From an uncultured Erysipelotrichaceae bacterium (GTDB taxonomy: Bacteria > Bacillota_I > Bacilli_A > RF39 > UBA660), in contig CADBCT010000002.1 of assembly GCA_902793315.1 (NCBI GenBank), forward strand, positions 2,973 to 66,972: a DNA stretch of 64,000 nt, written 5' to 3'. The position numbers and the translations under genes were made by a program. Of the stretch, positions 31,596 to 41,846 are shown piece after piece (the stretch's first letter is position 1; every line of letters starts with the position of its first letter). A model generated the notes under the pieces. It saw only the letters and a list, made by a program, of their open reading frames with translations, did no database searches and was not told the origin of the DNA.

Positions 31596-32633
31596 CTATT
31601 CTAAATCAAGAGCTGTTTGTTCTCCTTTAGCTTTCTTTTTAGTATTAGGAATACCTAATATTTCATAAGCTTTATCGGTAACAACACGACCTCGAGATGT
31701 TCTTTTTAATAATCCCATTTGTAATAAATATGGTTCATAAACGTCTTCTATTGTAGTTACTTCTTCTCCAATAGAACTACTTATTGCATCAATTCCTACT
31801 GGTCCACCATTAAACTTAGTTATAATAGCAGTTAATAGATCTCTATCAGTATTATCTAATCCCATTGAATCTACTTTTAATCTATCAAGAGCTTTTTTAG
31901 TAATAGCTAAATCAATATTACCATCACCTTCTACCATAGCAAAGTCTCTTACTCTTTTAAATAATCGATTAGCAATTCTAGGTGTACCACGACTTCTCAT
32001 AGCAAGTTCTACCGCAGCCTCCTCATCAATAGTCATATCAAGTACTCTAGAGGTTCTTTTAACAATATCAGTAAGCTCTTCTACTGTATAGAATTGTAGT
32101 TTATTAATAATACCAAATCTATCTCTTAAAGGAGAAGATAAATCACCTGCACGAGTAGTTGCTCCTACTAAGGTAAATGGAGGTAAATCTATCTTTATAT
32201 TACGACTATTCCCTTCACTACCTACAATGATATCTAATGAAAAATCTTCCATTGCTGGATATAGTATTTCTTCTATATATCTAGGCATACGATGTATTTC
32301 ATCAATGAATAAGACATCACCTGGTTCAAGTGATGAAAGAATAGCAGCTAAATCTCCTGTTTTTTCAATACTAGGTCCACTAGCTGTTTTAATATTAGTA
32401 CCCAACTCATGAGCAATAATAAAAGCTAATGTAGTTTTACCAAGTCCTGGAGGACCATATAATAAAACATGATCAAGAGCTTCTTTACGCATTTTAGCTG
32501 CTTCAACGAAAACTTTAATATTTTCTTTGACATCAGTTTGTCCAATATATTCATCAATGGTTTCTGGACGAATTGTATTATCAATTAAATTATCATCTTC
32601 TAATTCATAATTAGTTATAACACTCTCTTCCAT
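31596..32633 (-). CDS. ruvB: Holliday junction branch migration helicase RuvB
   Basis: Walker [10 protein letters not shown], Walker B LFIDEIHR, sensor GATTRAG. Confidence 0.95.
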   Translation of the reverse strand: MEESVITNYELEDDNLIDNTIRPETIDEYIGQTDVKENIKVFVEAAKMRKEALDHVLLYGPPGLGKTTLAFIIAHELGTNIKTASGPSIEKTGDLAAILSSLEPGDVLFIDEIHRMPRYIEEILYPAMEDFSLDIIVGSEGNSRNIKIDLPPFTLVGATTRAGDLSSPLRDRFGIINKLQFYTVEELTDIVKRTSRVLDMTIDEEAAVELAMRSRGTPRIANRLFKRVRDFAMVEGDGNIDLAITKKALDRLKVDSMGLDNTDRDLLTAIITKFNGGPVGIDAISSSIGEEVTTIEDVYEPYLLQMGLLKRTSRGRVVTDKAYEILGIPNTKKKAKGEQTALDLE

Positions 32634-32642
32634 ATAACCCTC

Positions 32643-33206
32643 CTATTTTAATAATAATCTTAATGCTTCTTTTACTTGTTCTTCAATAGTTAAAGTATTA
32701 TCAACTTTACCAAGTACTGGTTTAATTTCTTTATCTTTATAACCTAATCCTATTAATACTTCATATAATTCATTTTGATTATCTACTTCAGTAGTACTAA
32801 TACCTTCACTAGTTGTTTCCATTTTACCTTTTAAATCTAATACTATTTGACGAGCAAGTTTTTCTCCAATCTTAGGAAATTTCTTTAAATATAAGATGTT
32901 TTCACGATTAATCGCATCAATAATACCATCTACTGATCCAACAGCTAAGATAGGTAAAGTCATCTTACAACCTAGTCCTTTAACACTAATAAGTTTTAAG
33001 AACAATTCTTTTTCTTCTAATAATTTAAATCCATATAATAAATGAGCATCTTCTGATATTTGTTGATAAACATATACTTTGTATTCTACTCCGGGTTCAA
33101 ATGAATATGGATTAGATACATATATTAAATATCCCACTCCGTTATTATCTAAAACTATTGCATTATTCTTAATATCTGTAACTACACCTTTAATATAATC
33201 AAACAT
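32643..33206 (-). CDS. ruvA: Holliday junction DNA-binding protein RuvA
   Basis: MFDYIKGVV... OB domain, HhH pair (VKGLGCKMTLPIL, FPKIGEKLARQIVLDL), and a C-terminal RuvB-binding domain. Confidence 0.9.
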   Translation of the reverse strand: MFDYIKGVVTDIKNNAIVLDNNGVGYLIYVSNPYSFEPGVEYKVYVYQQISEDAHLLYGFKLLEEKELFLKLISVKGLGCKMTLPILAVGSVDGIIDAINRENILYLKKFPKIGEKLARQIVLDLKGKMETTSEGISTTEVDNQNELYEVLIGLGYKDKEIKPVLGKVDNTLTIEEQVKEALRLLLK

Positions 33207-33285
33207 CTTATCACCTACCAATTATTATAAAACAAAAAAGTTCTATAAGCAAATCGAACTAAAACAAAAAAAGAGTTTATGACTC

Positions 33286-33681
33286 TTATTTTTTATATGT
33301 ATATACTTTACTTAATTCTTTATTTACTTGTTCAACATACGAATCAAGGTCTTTAAACATTTCTCTTTCTTTTTTCATTTTTTCTTCATAATCTGCCATA
33401 TAATCTCTTGTTCCTTGAGCACACTTATCATAGTTTTCTAAATAAAATTCTTCTGCTTTAATTCTCTTTTCATCTACCATGTCTTTATCTTTATCACGCA
33501 AACTAGCTATATGAATCTTTCTTAAACAACAAGCTATTATTATCTTCTCATCTAAGTTTAAATTACCTTTATCCTTTTCTACATTAAACCAATCACATAC
33601 CTCACTATAACCTCTAGCTGATAAAGAATGTGCTTTTACTATCCAATGAAATGTCTCTATTGGTTTTTTATCTTCTAACAT
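33286..33681 (-). CDS. Hypothetical protein (paralog of 33801..34277)
   Basis: 131 aa. It shares L-x-[IL]-DEK, [FY]Y-x-[EN]NY-x-x-C-x-x-x-T and a K/E-rich tail with the upstream neighbour. Confidence 0.45.
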   Translation of the reverse strand: MLEDKKPIETFHWIVKAHSLSARGYSEVCDWFNVEKDKGNLNLDEKIIIACCLRKIHIASLRDKDKDMVDEKRIKAEEFYLENYDKCAQGTRDYMADYEEKMKKEREMFKDLDSYVEQVNKELSKVYTYKK

Positions 33682-33800
33682 TTTCCGATCCTCCTACAGT
33701 ATATATTCATTATAAACTAAAAATATGAATGTTGTAAATAAAAAGAACAATTATTTAGTTTTTCTATATTTTTTTTCATATTTTTATTAAAAAAAACATG

Positions 33801-34277
33801 TTAACCATGTTTTCTTATTTTAACTTTTTTGTTTTCTTTTTGTTTACGTAACTCAATCATTTCATTATAGATTTCTGGATGATAACTTTCCATAATTTTT
33901 TCATCACGTTCATTTTCTTCAGCTATTCGTTTCTCATAATATGCTTTATATAGATTAGCTATTTCTCGATTTGTTTCATTAGAACATCCTTTATAATTAT
34001 TAAAATAATATTGTTGTAAAGTTTTTCTTTTACCAGTACAAGAATGATTTTTACCTTCAGGCATTATAATATCAATAAAAGCCAAATATGTTGACATTAA
34101 GCATTTTTCATCTATAGTTAAATCATCTTTATCAGCCTGCTTTAAAAAGAAATGAGTTAGACGGGAAAATTCACTTAATGTAAGTGTTTCTGCAGTAGAT
34201 AAATACTCTAAAATAATTTTTGGATCCATATAATCCGGTATATATTCAGAAATATTCATAAGCTTTTTCCCTTTCAT
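33801..34277 (-). CDS. Hypothetical protein (paralog of 33286..33681)
   Basis: 158 aa. It starts 4 nt after the acyl-CoA ligase stop and has a hairpin terminator at its stop. Confidence 0.45.
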   Translation of the reverse strand: MKGKKLMNISEYIPDYMDPKIILEYLSTAETLTLSEFSRLTHFFLKQADKDDLTIDEKCLMSTYLAFIDIIMPEGKNHSCTGKRKTLQQYYFNNYKGCSNETNREIANLYKAYYEKRIAEENERDEKIMESYHPEIYNEMIELRKQKENKKVKIRKHG

Positions 34278-34281
34278 TCTT

Positions 34282-36093
34282 TTATTCTTCTGTATTATCT
34301 TCTTCAGCTAATTGTTTTAATAATTCTTCACTTGTTTCATATTTTTTATTCTTATTCTTCATTTCTTCTTCATGAATTAAAACATTATATGCAATCTTTC
34401 CTACTAATGTTTTAGGCAATTCATTTCTAAATTCATATTCATATGGCCATGAGAATCTAGCTAAGTTCTTTTCTACTAATTCTTTGATCGAACTTAATAA
34501 TTCTTCTGATTCTTCTACACCTTTATTTAATACTATAAAAGCTTTCGCTACTGTTACTTTATATGGATGAGGTATACCTATTACACAACTCATTCTAACA
34601 GCTGGATGAGAATCAATTACATCTTCAATATTACTTGGATATACGCAATATCCAGAAGTTATAATCATCCTTTTTATTCTACCTTTAAAGTAAACAAAAC
34701 CATCTTTATCCATAATACCTTCATCACCTGTATGAAGCCAAATATTTCCATCACGATGTTTTCTTAAAGTTTGCTTTGTTTCTTTACGATTACGCATATA
34801 ACCAGCCATAACTGTTGGTCCACTGATTACTATTTCTCCTGCAGTTCCATAAGGAAGTTCTTTATCAGTACCAACTTCAACAATTTTATAATAAGTATCA
34901 GGATATGGTATTCCAATACTTCCTTCACGATAATAATTAAGAGGAGTAAAGCAACTAGCTGCACAACACTCTGTTAATCCATATCCCTCTCTAATTGTTG
35001 TTGGAGAGTGATGTTTTTCTAACCAAGTATCAAATCTTCTCTTTAAGTCTGGAGATAATGTATCTCCACCAGAAATAACACATGTTATATACTCTAAATT
35101 CATATGATTAAAGCTTTTATTTTGAAGTATTGCTTCAAATAAAGTAGGAACTCCTACAATAACATTTGGTTCATATTTCTTAATAATTTTGTCAAAACTT
35201 TTTGCATTGAATTGAGGAAGTAAAATACTAGTACCTCCAAAATATTGAACGCAATGAATACAAACACTTAAACCAAATCCATGAAAGATTGGCATAATAG
35301 CAAGTACTTTATCTTTATCATTAAGACAAGCTACGTGTTCAAAATTTTGCATAGCAGATGCATTTAGATTTAAATTAGTTAATCTAACACCTTTAGGAGT
35401 ACCAGTAGTACCTCCAGAATACAAAATAGCAGCAATATCTTTCCCTTTAAAATCATCTTCTATTTCTTTATAATAAGTTTTTCCTAATCTAATAAACTCT
35501 TTCCAACCAATTTTTCTCTTATCATTATTTAAATAAGTTCCAGGATTAAGAGTTTTAATTGTCTTAGGAATAATATTTTTAGGAATAGTTGTAGTTGCAT
35601 ACAATGATTTAGTAATAGGTGGCATTGATTCACCTACTCCTACTAAAATAACTTTCTTTACTTTAGTTTCATCAATTATTTTATCTACTTTTTTCTCAGT
35701 AAAATCTATTGTAATTAACCATTCGGATTTAGATATATTCAAATAATTCTTTATTTCATTTTCTGCACTTAGTGGATGAATCATAGAAGCAATGGCCCCT
35801 ATTTTGTTACAAGCATAAAAAGAAATAATTCCTTCAGGTGTATTAGGCATACAAATTGATACAACATCTTTATGTTTAACACCTATAGCTTTTAGACTAC
35901 GAGCAACTTCATCTATTTGTTTTAAAAATTCATGATAAGTTTTTTTATTACCATAATAATTATAACTAATATTATTTAAATGTTTACTAGATGTATATTC
36001 AATTAGTTTGTAAGCAGAAAAATCAGGATACTCTAAATGTTCCTTTTCATTACCATAAAACTTATACCATGGAGCTTTAATACTCTTAGCCAT
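34282..36093 (-). CDS. AMP-dependent synthetase/ligase (long-chain fatty-acid-CoA ligase-like)
   Basis: AMP-binding motif YSGGTTGTPKGV, plus GYGLTE, HTGDEG and the C-terminal lysine region LPKTLVGKI. Confidence 0.8.
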   Translation of the reverse strand: MAKSIKAPWYKFYGNEKEHLEYPDFSAYKLIEYTSSKHLNNISYNYYGNKKTYHEFLKQIDEVARSLKAIGVKHKDVVSICMPNTPEGIISFYACNKIGAIASMIHPLSAENEIKNYLNISKSEWLITIDFTEKKVDKIIDETKVKKVILVGVGESMPPITKSLYATTTIPKNIIPKTIKTLNPGTYLNNDKRKIGWKEFIRLGKTYYKEIEDDFKGKDIAAILYSGGTTGTPKGVRLTNLNLNASAMQNFEHVACLNDKDKVLAIMPIFHGFGLSVCIHCVQYFGGTSILLPQFNAKSFDKIIKKYEPNVIVGVPTLFEAILQNKSFNHMNLEYITCVISGGDTLSPDLKRRFDTWLEKHHSPTTIREGYGLTECCAASCFTPLNYYREGSIGIPYPDTYYKIVEVGTDKELPYGTAGEIVISGPTVMAGYMRNRKETKQTLRKHRDGNIWLHTGDEGIMDKDGFVYFKGRIKRMIITSGYCVYPSNIEDVIDSHPAVRMSCVIGIPHPYKVTVAKAFIVLNKGVEESEELLSSIKELVEKNLARFSWPYEYEFRNELPKTLVGKIAYNVLIHEEEMKNKNKKYETSEELLKQLAEEDNTEE

Positions 36094-36147
36094 AAAAATC
36101 ACCACTATAAATTATTATACTATATTAAATAAAAAAATAAAAGAAAG

Positions 36148-36693
36148 TTACTTTACTTTCTTTATTAACCCTTTTAAATATCTTTTTGCTTGTGCAAACC
36201 TATCAAGTACTTTTTGTTTTAGACTTGGTGTAACAATCCAACTAGCAATTATTATAAACCAAAGGCAATCAAAATAATTACCATTAATTAAAGCCGTTAC
36301 ACCAATAATAAAAGTAGCAATCATAAGTCCAATTATACAAATAACTATTACTAAATTAGTTACGTTATTCATATTACTCTTAGTCTTAAAATCTATTTCT
36401 TTACGACTTAACAATTTATCTGCTTTTTCTTTAAATCTAGCATATCTTTCTTCTAAATCTGCTATATCTTTGATTTTATTATTTGATTCATATAAATCAT
36501 CACGATAAATAATTTTAAAATCATCTTTTATACTTAAATCTACATTTTTATAATTATCTAGGTCTAGTTTAACATTAAACTCTTCTTCAAATATTTTAAG
36601 TAGTTTATTACGACATTTATTAGAAATAAAACCAGATTCATTAATATATACTTTTAATTCTTTATTTATTTCATTTAGTCTTTTTGTACTCAT
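36148..36693 (-). CDS. Hypothetical membrane protein (two C-terminal TM helices)
   Basis: 181-aa ORF with SD AGGGGTG. I recognise no family. Confidence 0.45.
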   Translation of the reverse strand: MSTKRLNEINKELKVYINESGFISNKCRNKLLKIFEEEFNVKLDLDNYKNVDLSIKDDFKIIYRDDLYESNNKIKDIADLEERYARFKEKADKLLSRKEIDFKTKSNMNNVTNLVIVICIIGLMIATFIIGVTALINGNYFDCLWFIIIASWIVTPSLKQKVLDRFAQAKRYLKGLIKKVK

Positions 36694-36705
36694 AGGACAC
36701 CCCTT

Positions 36706-37428
36706 TTATTTTTCTTTTAAATTATAATAAACATCTTGAACATCATCTAAATCTTCAAGCGTATCAACTAATTTCATAACTTTTTCTTGTCCTTCTTCAT
36801 CTAATTCTACTTCCATAGTAGGAACATAAGTAAGTTCACATTCTAAGAATTCTTTTACTCCATTTTCTTCTAAAGCATCTCTAACTTGAGTAAAACTATT
36901 TTGATCAGTAGTAATCATATAACTATCCTCTATTTTTTCAAAGTCTAGTGCTCCTGCATCTAACGCTACCATCATCATAGTATCTTCATCATACTCTCCT
37001 GGTATTACAATAGATCCTTTGCGTTCAAACATATAACTTACTGATCCATCAGTACCTAGATTACCTCCTGCTTTAGTAAAAGCACTTCTTACAGCAGATG
37101 CAGTACGGTTACGATTATCAGTTAAACAATCTACCATAAATGCTACTCCACCATGACCATAACCTTCATATCTTAAGTTTTCATAATTAGCAGCATCAGC
37201 AGAGCCAACTGCTTTATCTATTGCTTTTTGAATATTATCTTTAGGCATATTTTGAGCTTTCGCTTTATCAACAGCAAGTCTTAAAGCAGCATTTTGATTA
37301 GGATCAGGACTTCCTCCTTTAGCTGCGACCATAATTTCTTTTGTTAATTTTTGAAACATTTTTCCACGAGCTGCATCTAATAAACCTTTCTTTCTATGAA
37401 TTGTAGCCCACTTTGAATGTCCACTCAT
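36706..37428 (-). CDS. yebC: YebC/PmpR-family DNA-binding regulator
   Basis: MSGHSKWATIHRKKG... is a canonical YebC N-terminus, and the 240-aa length fits the family. Confidence 0.95.
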   Translation of the reverse strand: MSGHSKWATIHRKKGLLDAARGKMFQKLTKEIMVAAKGGSPDPNQNAALRLAVDKAKAQNMPKDNIQKAIDKAVGSADAANYENLRYEGYGHGGVAFMVDCLTDNRNRTASAVRSAFTKAGGNLGTDGSVSYMFERKGSIVIPGEYDEDTMMMVALDAGALDFEKIEDSYMITTDQNSFTQVRDALEENGVKEFLECELTYVPTMEVELDEEGQEKVMKLVDTLEDLDDVQDVYYNLKEK

Positions 37429-37539
37429 ATTTATACCTCCTCGCTTCTTTCTCTATTATATTATCATATTATACAATAGTTTTAAAGCTTTTATTTTGTT
37501 AAATTGCATACTATGATATAATTTATATATGGTGATAGT

Positions 37540-37851
37540 ATGGAAATAAGAGTTAATAAAAAGACTTATGAAATTAAAGAGTATACTAGTTTTAAACAAA
37601 GATTTAAATCATTAAAATTTGTCTTTGAACCATTAGACTTTATTATAAAAATACCTAATAAAAAGCTAGCTAATACTTATTTCTTTGTTCAAAAAGTAGA
37701 TATTTTCTTTACTGATAAAAAGAATAGAATTATCAGAATAATTGAAGAAGCCAATACTGAAAAATTCTTCTTTGAAAAAACTGCTACTCATGTTTATTAC
37801 CTACCTCTTGGTTTTTCCAAAGAATATCGTATTAATGATATATTAAAATAA
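37540..37851 (+). CDS. Hypothetical small protein (possibly DUF192-like)
   Basis: 103 aa with SD GGTGA upstream. Weak resemblance only. Confidence 0.35.
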   Translation: MEIRVNKKTYEIKEYTSFKQRFKSLKFVFEPLDFIIKIPNKKLANTYFFVQKVDIFFTDKKNRIIRIIEEANTEKFFFEKTATHVYYLPLGFSKEYRINDILK

Positions 37852-37862
37852 AAAAGTCTAGA

Positions 37863-39458
37863 TCAAACTAGGTTTTTTTTATGAGTTTTTTCTAATGCTT
37901 TATCTAAGTTTTCTTTACTATAATCATGATTATAGAAATTCTTTAAGTTTTGTTTGTTTTCATAATATTTTTTACGAACACGATCTATTGCTTCTTCAAT
38001 AATACTATAACCAGCAAACTCATCATGGATTTCTGATAACAATCTTTCTAACTCTTCATCAGTAAGTGTATTCACAAATTTTCCCTTTGAAGTATCAAAT
38101 CTTTGATTTGAGCAAAGTGTAATATAAGCACCAATAATATTGCTTAACCAATAACCAACTAATTCATTAGTTTCAATATTATCTCTTATTTTTCTAATAT
38201 TATAAAATACAGTTATTTTTTTTAGTTCTTTATCAGCAGCTTGATATTCTTCTGGAGTTTTTTGAATATCTCTATTTTGCAACAATTCATATGAATCTAT
38301 TAGTTTTTTTATTTCTTCCATTGATAAGTAGTTATTCATTTCAGCAATAACTCCTTGAAAACCATCTTCTAGATATCCATTAAATACTTCTTCTTCATCA
38401 AACACTGCCATAACATAATCAGCAAATCCAATATTAATAGATGATAAAGATGGCATATCAGTAATTCTATGTCTTAAATTTTTACTTAAATCTTTATTTA
38501 ACATACTATTATTTAAATCTGTATTAGGCATATTTCTTAATTTTAATAGTAAATGAACATCTTCTAATCTATATCCTGGCAAGTTATTTTCTTTCGCATC
38601 AATAATCATTTTGTTTTCAAACATCGTTAGTATTATTTCTTCTACTCTTTTTTCCTCTTGTTTGATTCTTCTCATATCTTGTTTCATCTTATAAAAATCA
38701 TCTTTTTTTTCAAATGAATAATCCATATATTCTAACAAAACGTTTAATATATGATCAGTTAAATTAATTAATTCTTGAACGACTTCTTTAGGAGCATATT
38801 TATTTAACTCATCTATTAGTCCTTTGAAATCACTAGTTAGATACATTTTTTCCATTTTATCTTTTTCAATTAATCTTTCAACTTGTTCAGCAATAGTAAC
38901 TTGACTACTGTAAGAAGAAGATCCATGTTCTGGAAAATATCTTTTAGTTAAAAATTCAGTATAACCTTCATTAAGAGCTTTACCCATTCCTTTTTGAAAG
39001 AAACCTACATAACCCTCAGGATTAGTACTAGCCAAATGAAATAATTCATGATAAATTGAAGAATCATTTCTTAATACAATTTGATTTTTAGATGGCATGT
39101 ATACACCATCCGTATTCTTCATACTCTTTGTTATAAGATCAAAAAGTGTTCTATTATTAATTTTAATTTGTTTCATATTTAAATAATAATTCTGAAGATA
39201 TTCTTTATTAAAATTATTTTCTAAAACATCTTTAAATTCTTTTATTTGATTATAAAACTTAGATTTAGAAAATCTTTCTAGCGAGAAACTAGGATTAGCT
39301 AGTTGATATACTATTGGTTCTTCTATTATAGAAATATCCTTTATTTGACCCGTAACACTTTCTCTCTTTAATTTAAAACCATTTTGAATAGCTTTTTCCA
39401 AAAAATAAATAGTAAAAAAAACAGAGCCTGCTGTACCCCCAAAAATAAGTAATCCCAT
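37863..39458 (-). CDS. Membrane-anchored protein with gluzincin-like HExxH...NEGxTE motif
   Basis: N-terminal TM (GLLIFGGTAGSVFFTIYFL), then SSIYHELFHLAS followed 23 aa later by LNEGYTEF. The arrangement is thermolysin-like (HExxH + NExxSD style). The long helical C-terminal part is unknown. Confidence 0.5.
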   Translation of the reverse strand: MGLLIFGGTAGSVFFTIYFLEKAIQNGFKLKRESVTGQIKDISIIEEPIVYQLANPSFSLERFSKSKFYNQIKEFKDVLENNFNKEYLQNYYLNMKQIKINNRTLFDLITKSMKNTDGVYMPSKNQIVLRNDSSIYHELFHLASTNPEGYVGFFQKGMGKALNEGYTEFLTKRYFPEHGSSSYSSQVTIAEQVERLIEKDKMEKMYLTSDFKGLIDELNKYAPKEVVQELINLTDHILNVLLEYMDYSFEKKDDFYKMKQDMRRIKQEEKRVEEIILTMFENKMIIDAKENNLPGYRLEDVHLLLKLRNMPNTDLNNSMLNKDLSKNLRHRITDMPSLSSINIGFADYVMAVFDEEEVFNGYLEDGFQGVIAEMNNYLSMEEIKKLIDSYELLQNRDIQKTPEEYQAADKELKKITVFYNIRKIRDNIETNELVGYWLSNIIGAYITLCSNQRFDTSKGKFVNTLTDEELERLLSEIHDEFAGYSIIEEAIDRVRKKYYENKQNLKNFYNHDYSKENLDKALEKTHKKNLV

Positions 39459-39546
39459 TATAATTCAACTCCTATTGCCCCATCAATTGGCAAAATTATA
39501 TCATAGCATTGAAAAACAGTCAAAAAAAATAAGCCTTAAGCTTATT

Positions 39547-40350
39547 TTATTGCATATCTTTATACATCATTGTCTTTTCAATAACCATTTTAATATTTTG
39601 TTCATTGAATGGTTTACCTAACATATCTACAATTTCATATGTAAATGCTCTATCAATTGTTTCTTTTGATGAATCTCCAGAAATAATTGAAACTGGTATT
39701 TCTCCTAATAAACCATTTTGTCTCATAAACTCTAATACAGCGAAACCATCTACTTTAGGCATATTCAAGTCTAATAACATTGTCATAATCAAGCCATTAC
39801 CTTTATTAGCTTTCAATATTTCAATAGCTTCTTCTCCGTTTTGAGCAGTTCCAACATTATATTCTTCACTAAATATTCTCTTAACGAAGTTTCTAATAAT
39901 ATTAGAATCATCAACTACTAGAATAGTTTTATCAGTATATACCTCTCCAGTACTTTCAGTAGTTTCATCATTACCACTATCAACAGCTTCATCACTATTC
40001 ATATATTCTTGAATTAATACAATAGCGTTATTAGTTTCATTAATCAAATCATTAATATGGCTAGTTACATAAGAAACATCACCATCTTTACTCTTTGTTT
40101 CATGTTCTTCAGCTATTTCAGCTAATTTCATAAATCCAAAATATTTTGCATCACTTTTTAGAGAATGAACTGTAATTGAATAATTATTCATATCAGCATT
40201 ATTCATCATTTCTATAAGTTGATTAATTTTAGTATGGATACCAACTAAAAACTCTCCAACTGTTTCATTATAAGTTTGAGCATCCCCAAATATATCAAGG
40301 GCTTGTTTAATATCTACACCTTTTTTTTCTAAAAAACTTATATCTTTCAT
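39547..40350 (-). CDS. HPt-domain / response-regulator receiver fusion protein
   Basis: N-terminal HPt with phosphorylatable His in ITVHSLKSDAKYFG. The C-terminal REC has VVDDS, LLDLNMPKVDG, SIISG and LGKPF. There is no output domain. Confidence 0.8.
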   Translation of the reverse strand: MKDISFLEKKGVDIKQALDIFGDAQTYNETVGEFLVGIHTKINQLIEMMNNADMNNYSITVHSLKSDAKYFGFMKLAEIAEEHETKSKDGDVSYVTSHINDLINETNNAIVLIQEYMNSDEAVDSGNDETTESTGEVYTDKTILVVDDSNIIRNFVKRIFSEEYNVGTAQNGEEAIEILKANKGNGLIMTMLLDLNMPKVDGFAVLEFMRQNGLLGEIPVSIISGDSSKETIDRAFTYEIVDMLGKPFNEQNIKMVIEKTMMYKDMQ

Positions 40351-40430
40351 TTAATCCACCTCTATTTACTATAAATAAATTATATCTTAAAAGAAAATAA
40401 AATACAATATTTTATACTTTCTTTTTTTCT

Positions 40431-41123
40431 TTATTTTCTCTTATTGTAAATAACTGGGTACGGATTATGATACTTTTTCAAATAAGTTTTTTCTAATGTA
40501 CCCATATTATAATCTTCAACACCACGTTCAGCCATATAAATCATTGTATCTAACCATTCACGATCATTCTCAAAATAATCATAAATATCACCATGTGGTC
40601 CACCTTCACATAATGCAATCATGAAATCAACATTATTTCTAGTTGCTGAATCAATTATATTGTAAGTAGCTTCACAAGGCATAAATCCTATTAATAAATT
40701 TGCATTGCCTAGTGGAGTATCTGAATAAAACTTTTCTCTGACTAAAGTAAGCTTTTCTTTATTATTTTCATATTTACTTAAACGTGGATCATAAACTTTA
40801 ATCTTTCCAATAGTTTGTTCTCTAGCAATTCTATTTGCCAGACTAGGAAATATTCCTCCCCCAACTTCAACAATATTTCTTTCTTTGTAGTTAAATTCCT
40901 TTTCTAGTATATCTATGAAACCCAAATAAATATTTTGTTCATCTTCTAAAATATTTAATTTATCATATACTTCGCGAACTAAGTCAGGTATCATCTTACC
41001 AGAAGTATGACCTTTTATTGCATAATTAAGTAAGCATTTTCTTTCATAATCAGTAAACACTTCACTATTATCAATAATTAATTGTATTACTTTAGCATAA
41101 TTTTCATCTAATTGTTGTTTCAT
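40431..41123 (-). CDS. Hypothetical Rossmann-fold (methyltransferase-like) protein
   Basis: IVEVGGGIFPSLA ... KIKVYDP ... LLIGFMPCE resembles SAM-MTase motifs I, II and IV. The family is not recognised. Confidence 0.4.
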   Translation of the reverse strand: MKQQLDENYAKVIQLIIDNSEVFTDYERKCLLNYAIKGHTSGKMIPDLVREVYDKLNILEDEQNIYLGFIDILEKEFNYKERNIVEVGGGIFPSLANRIAREQTIGKIKVYDPRLSKYENNKEKLTLVREKFYSDTPLGNANLLIGFMPCEATYNIIDSATRNNVDFMIALCEGGPHGDIYDYFENDREWLDTMIYMAERGVEDYNMGTLEKTYLKKYHNPYPVIYNKRK

Positions 41124-41148
41124 AATATCATCCTATTCAATATAGTTT

Positions 41149-41838
41149 TTACTTGTAATCAACTTCTATTAAAACAGGATAATGATCACTGGTATTTAAA
41201 TCAGTAATTCTTTTTTTACTAATTAATTTAAAAGTATCTGAAATAAAAATATGATCAATAGCTCGATGATATTTAGATATCTTTAGAGTTTTATCCGATA
41301 CATCAATGTGCTCTATTCCCATCTTTTTAAGTTCATCTACGAAATTATTAAATATTTCTTTGTTTGTTTTTAAATTAAAATCCCCTGTTAAAATAATTGG
41401 ATTACTATCCTTCTTTAGTATTTTTAATACTTTCTTTAATTGTCTTTCTTTTAATGACTCATATTTAAAATTTAAATGTGTATTATAAACTGAAATCACT
41501 CTTCCTTGATCTTCTATTTCTACCTTAGTAATAATTCTTTTTATTATTGAAGGTAGAAATGGTAAATGATAAGTTCTATTACTTAATACTTTTTTATTAG
41601 TAATAATTGGAGTCCTTTCATTATAACGATTAGGTATTAGAAAACGATATGCACCATATATGTTATATGATATTTTTTTTAAAGACTTGGTTAAATCTTT
41701 ATCAATTTTAGTATAAACTTCTTGAAGATTGTAAATATCAATATGATTATTTTTTAATAGATTAATAATTTTATCTCTCTTAGAAATATTATAATCATTA
41801 AAATCATTTTGAATATTAAAAGTACATATTGTTAACAT
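41149..41838 (-). CDS. Endonuclease/exonuclease/phosphatase (EEP) family protein
   Basis: TFNIQN, LQEV, GDFN and SDHYPV motifs in canonical order. Confidence 0.8.
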   Translation of the reverse strand: MLTICTFNIQNDFNDYNISKRDKIINLLKNNHIDIYNLQEVYTKIDKDLTKSLKKISYNIYGAYRFLIPNRYNERTPIITNKKVLSNRTYHLPFLPSIIKRIITKVEIEDQGRVISVYNTHLNFKYESLKERQLKKVLKILKKDSNPIILTGDFNLKTNKEIFNNFVDELKKMGIEHIDVSDKTLKISKYHRAIDHIFISDTFKLISKKRITDLNTSDHYPVLIEVDYK

Positions 41839-41846
41839 AATATCAC

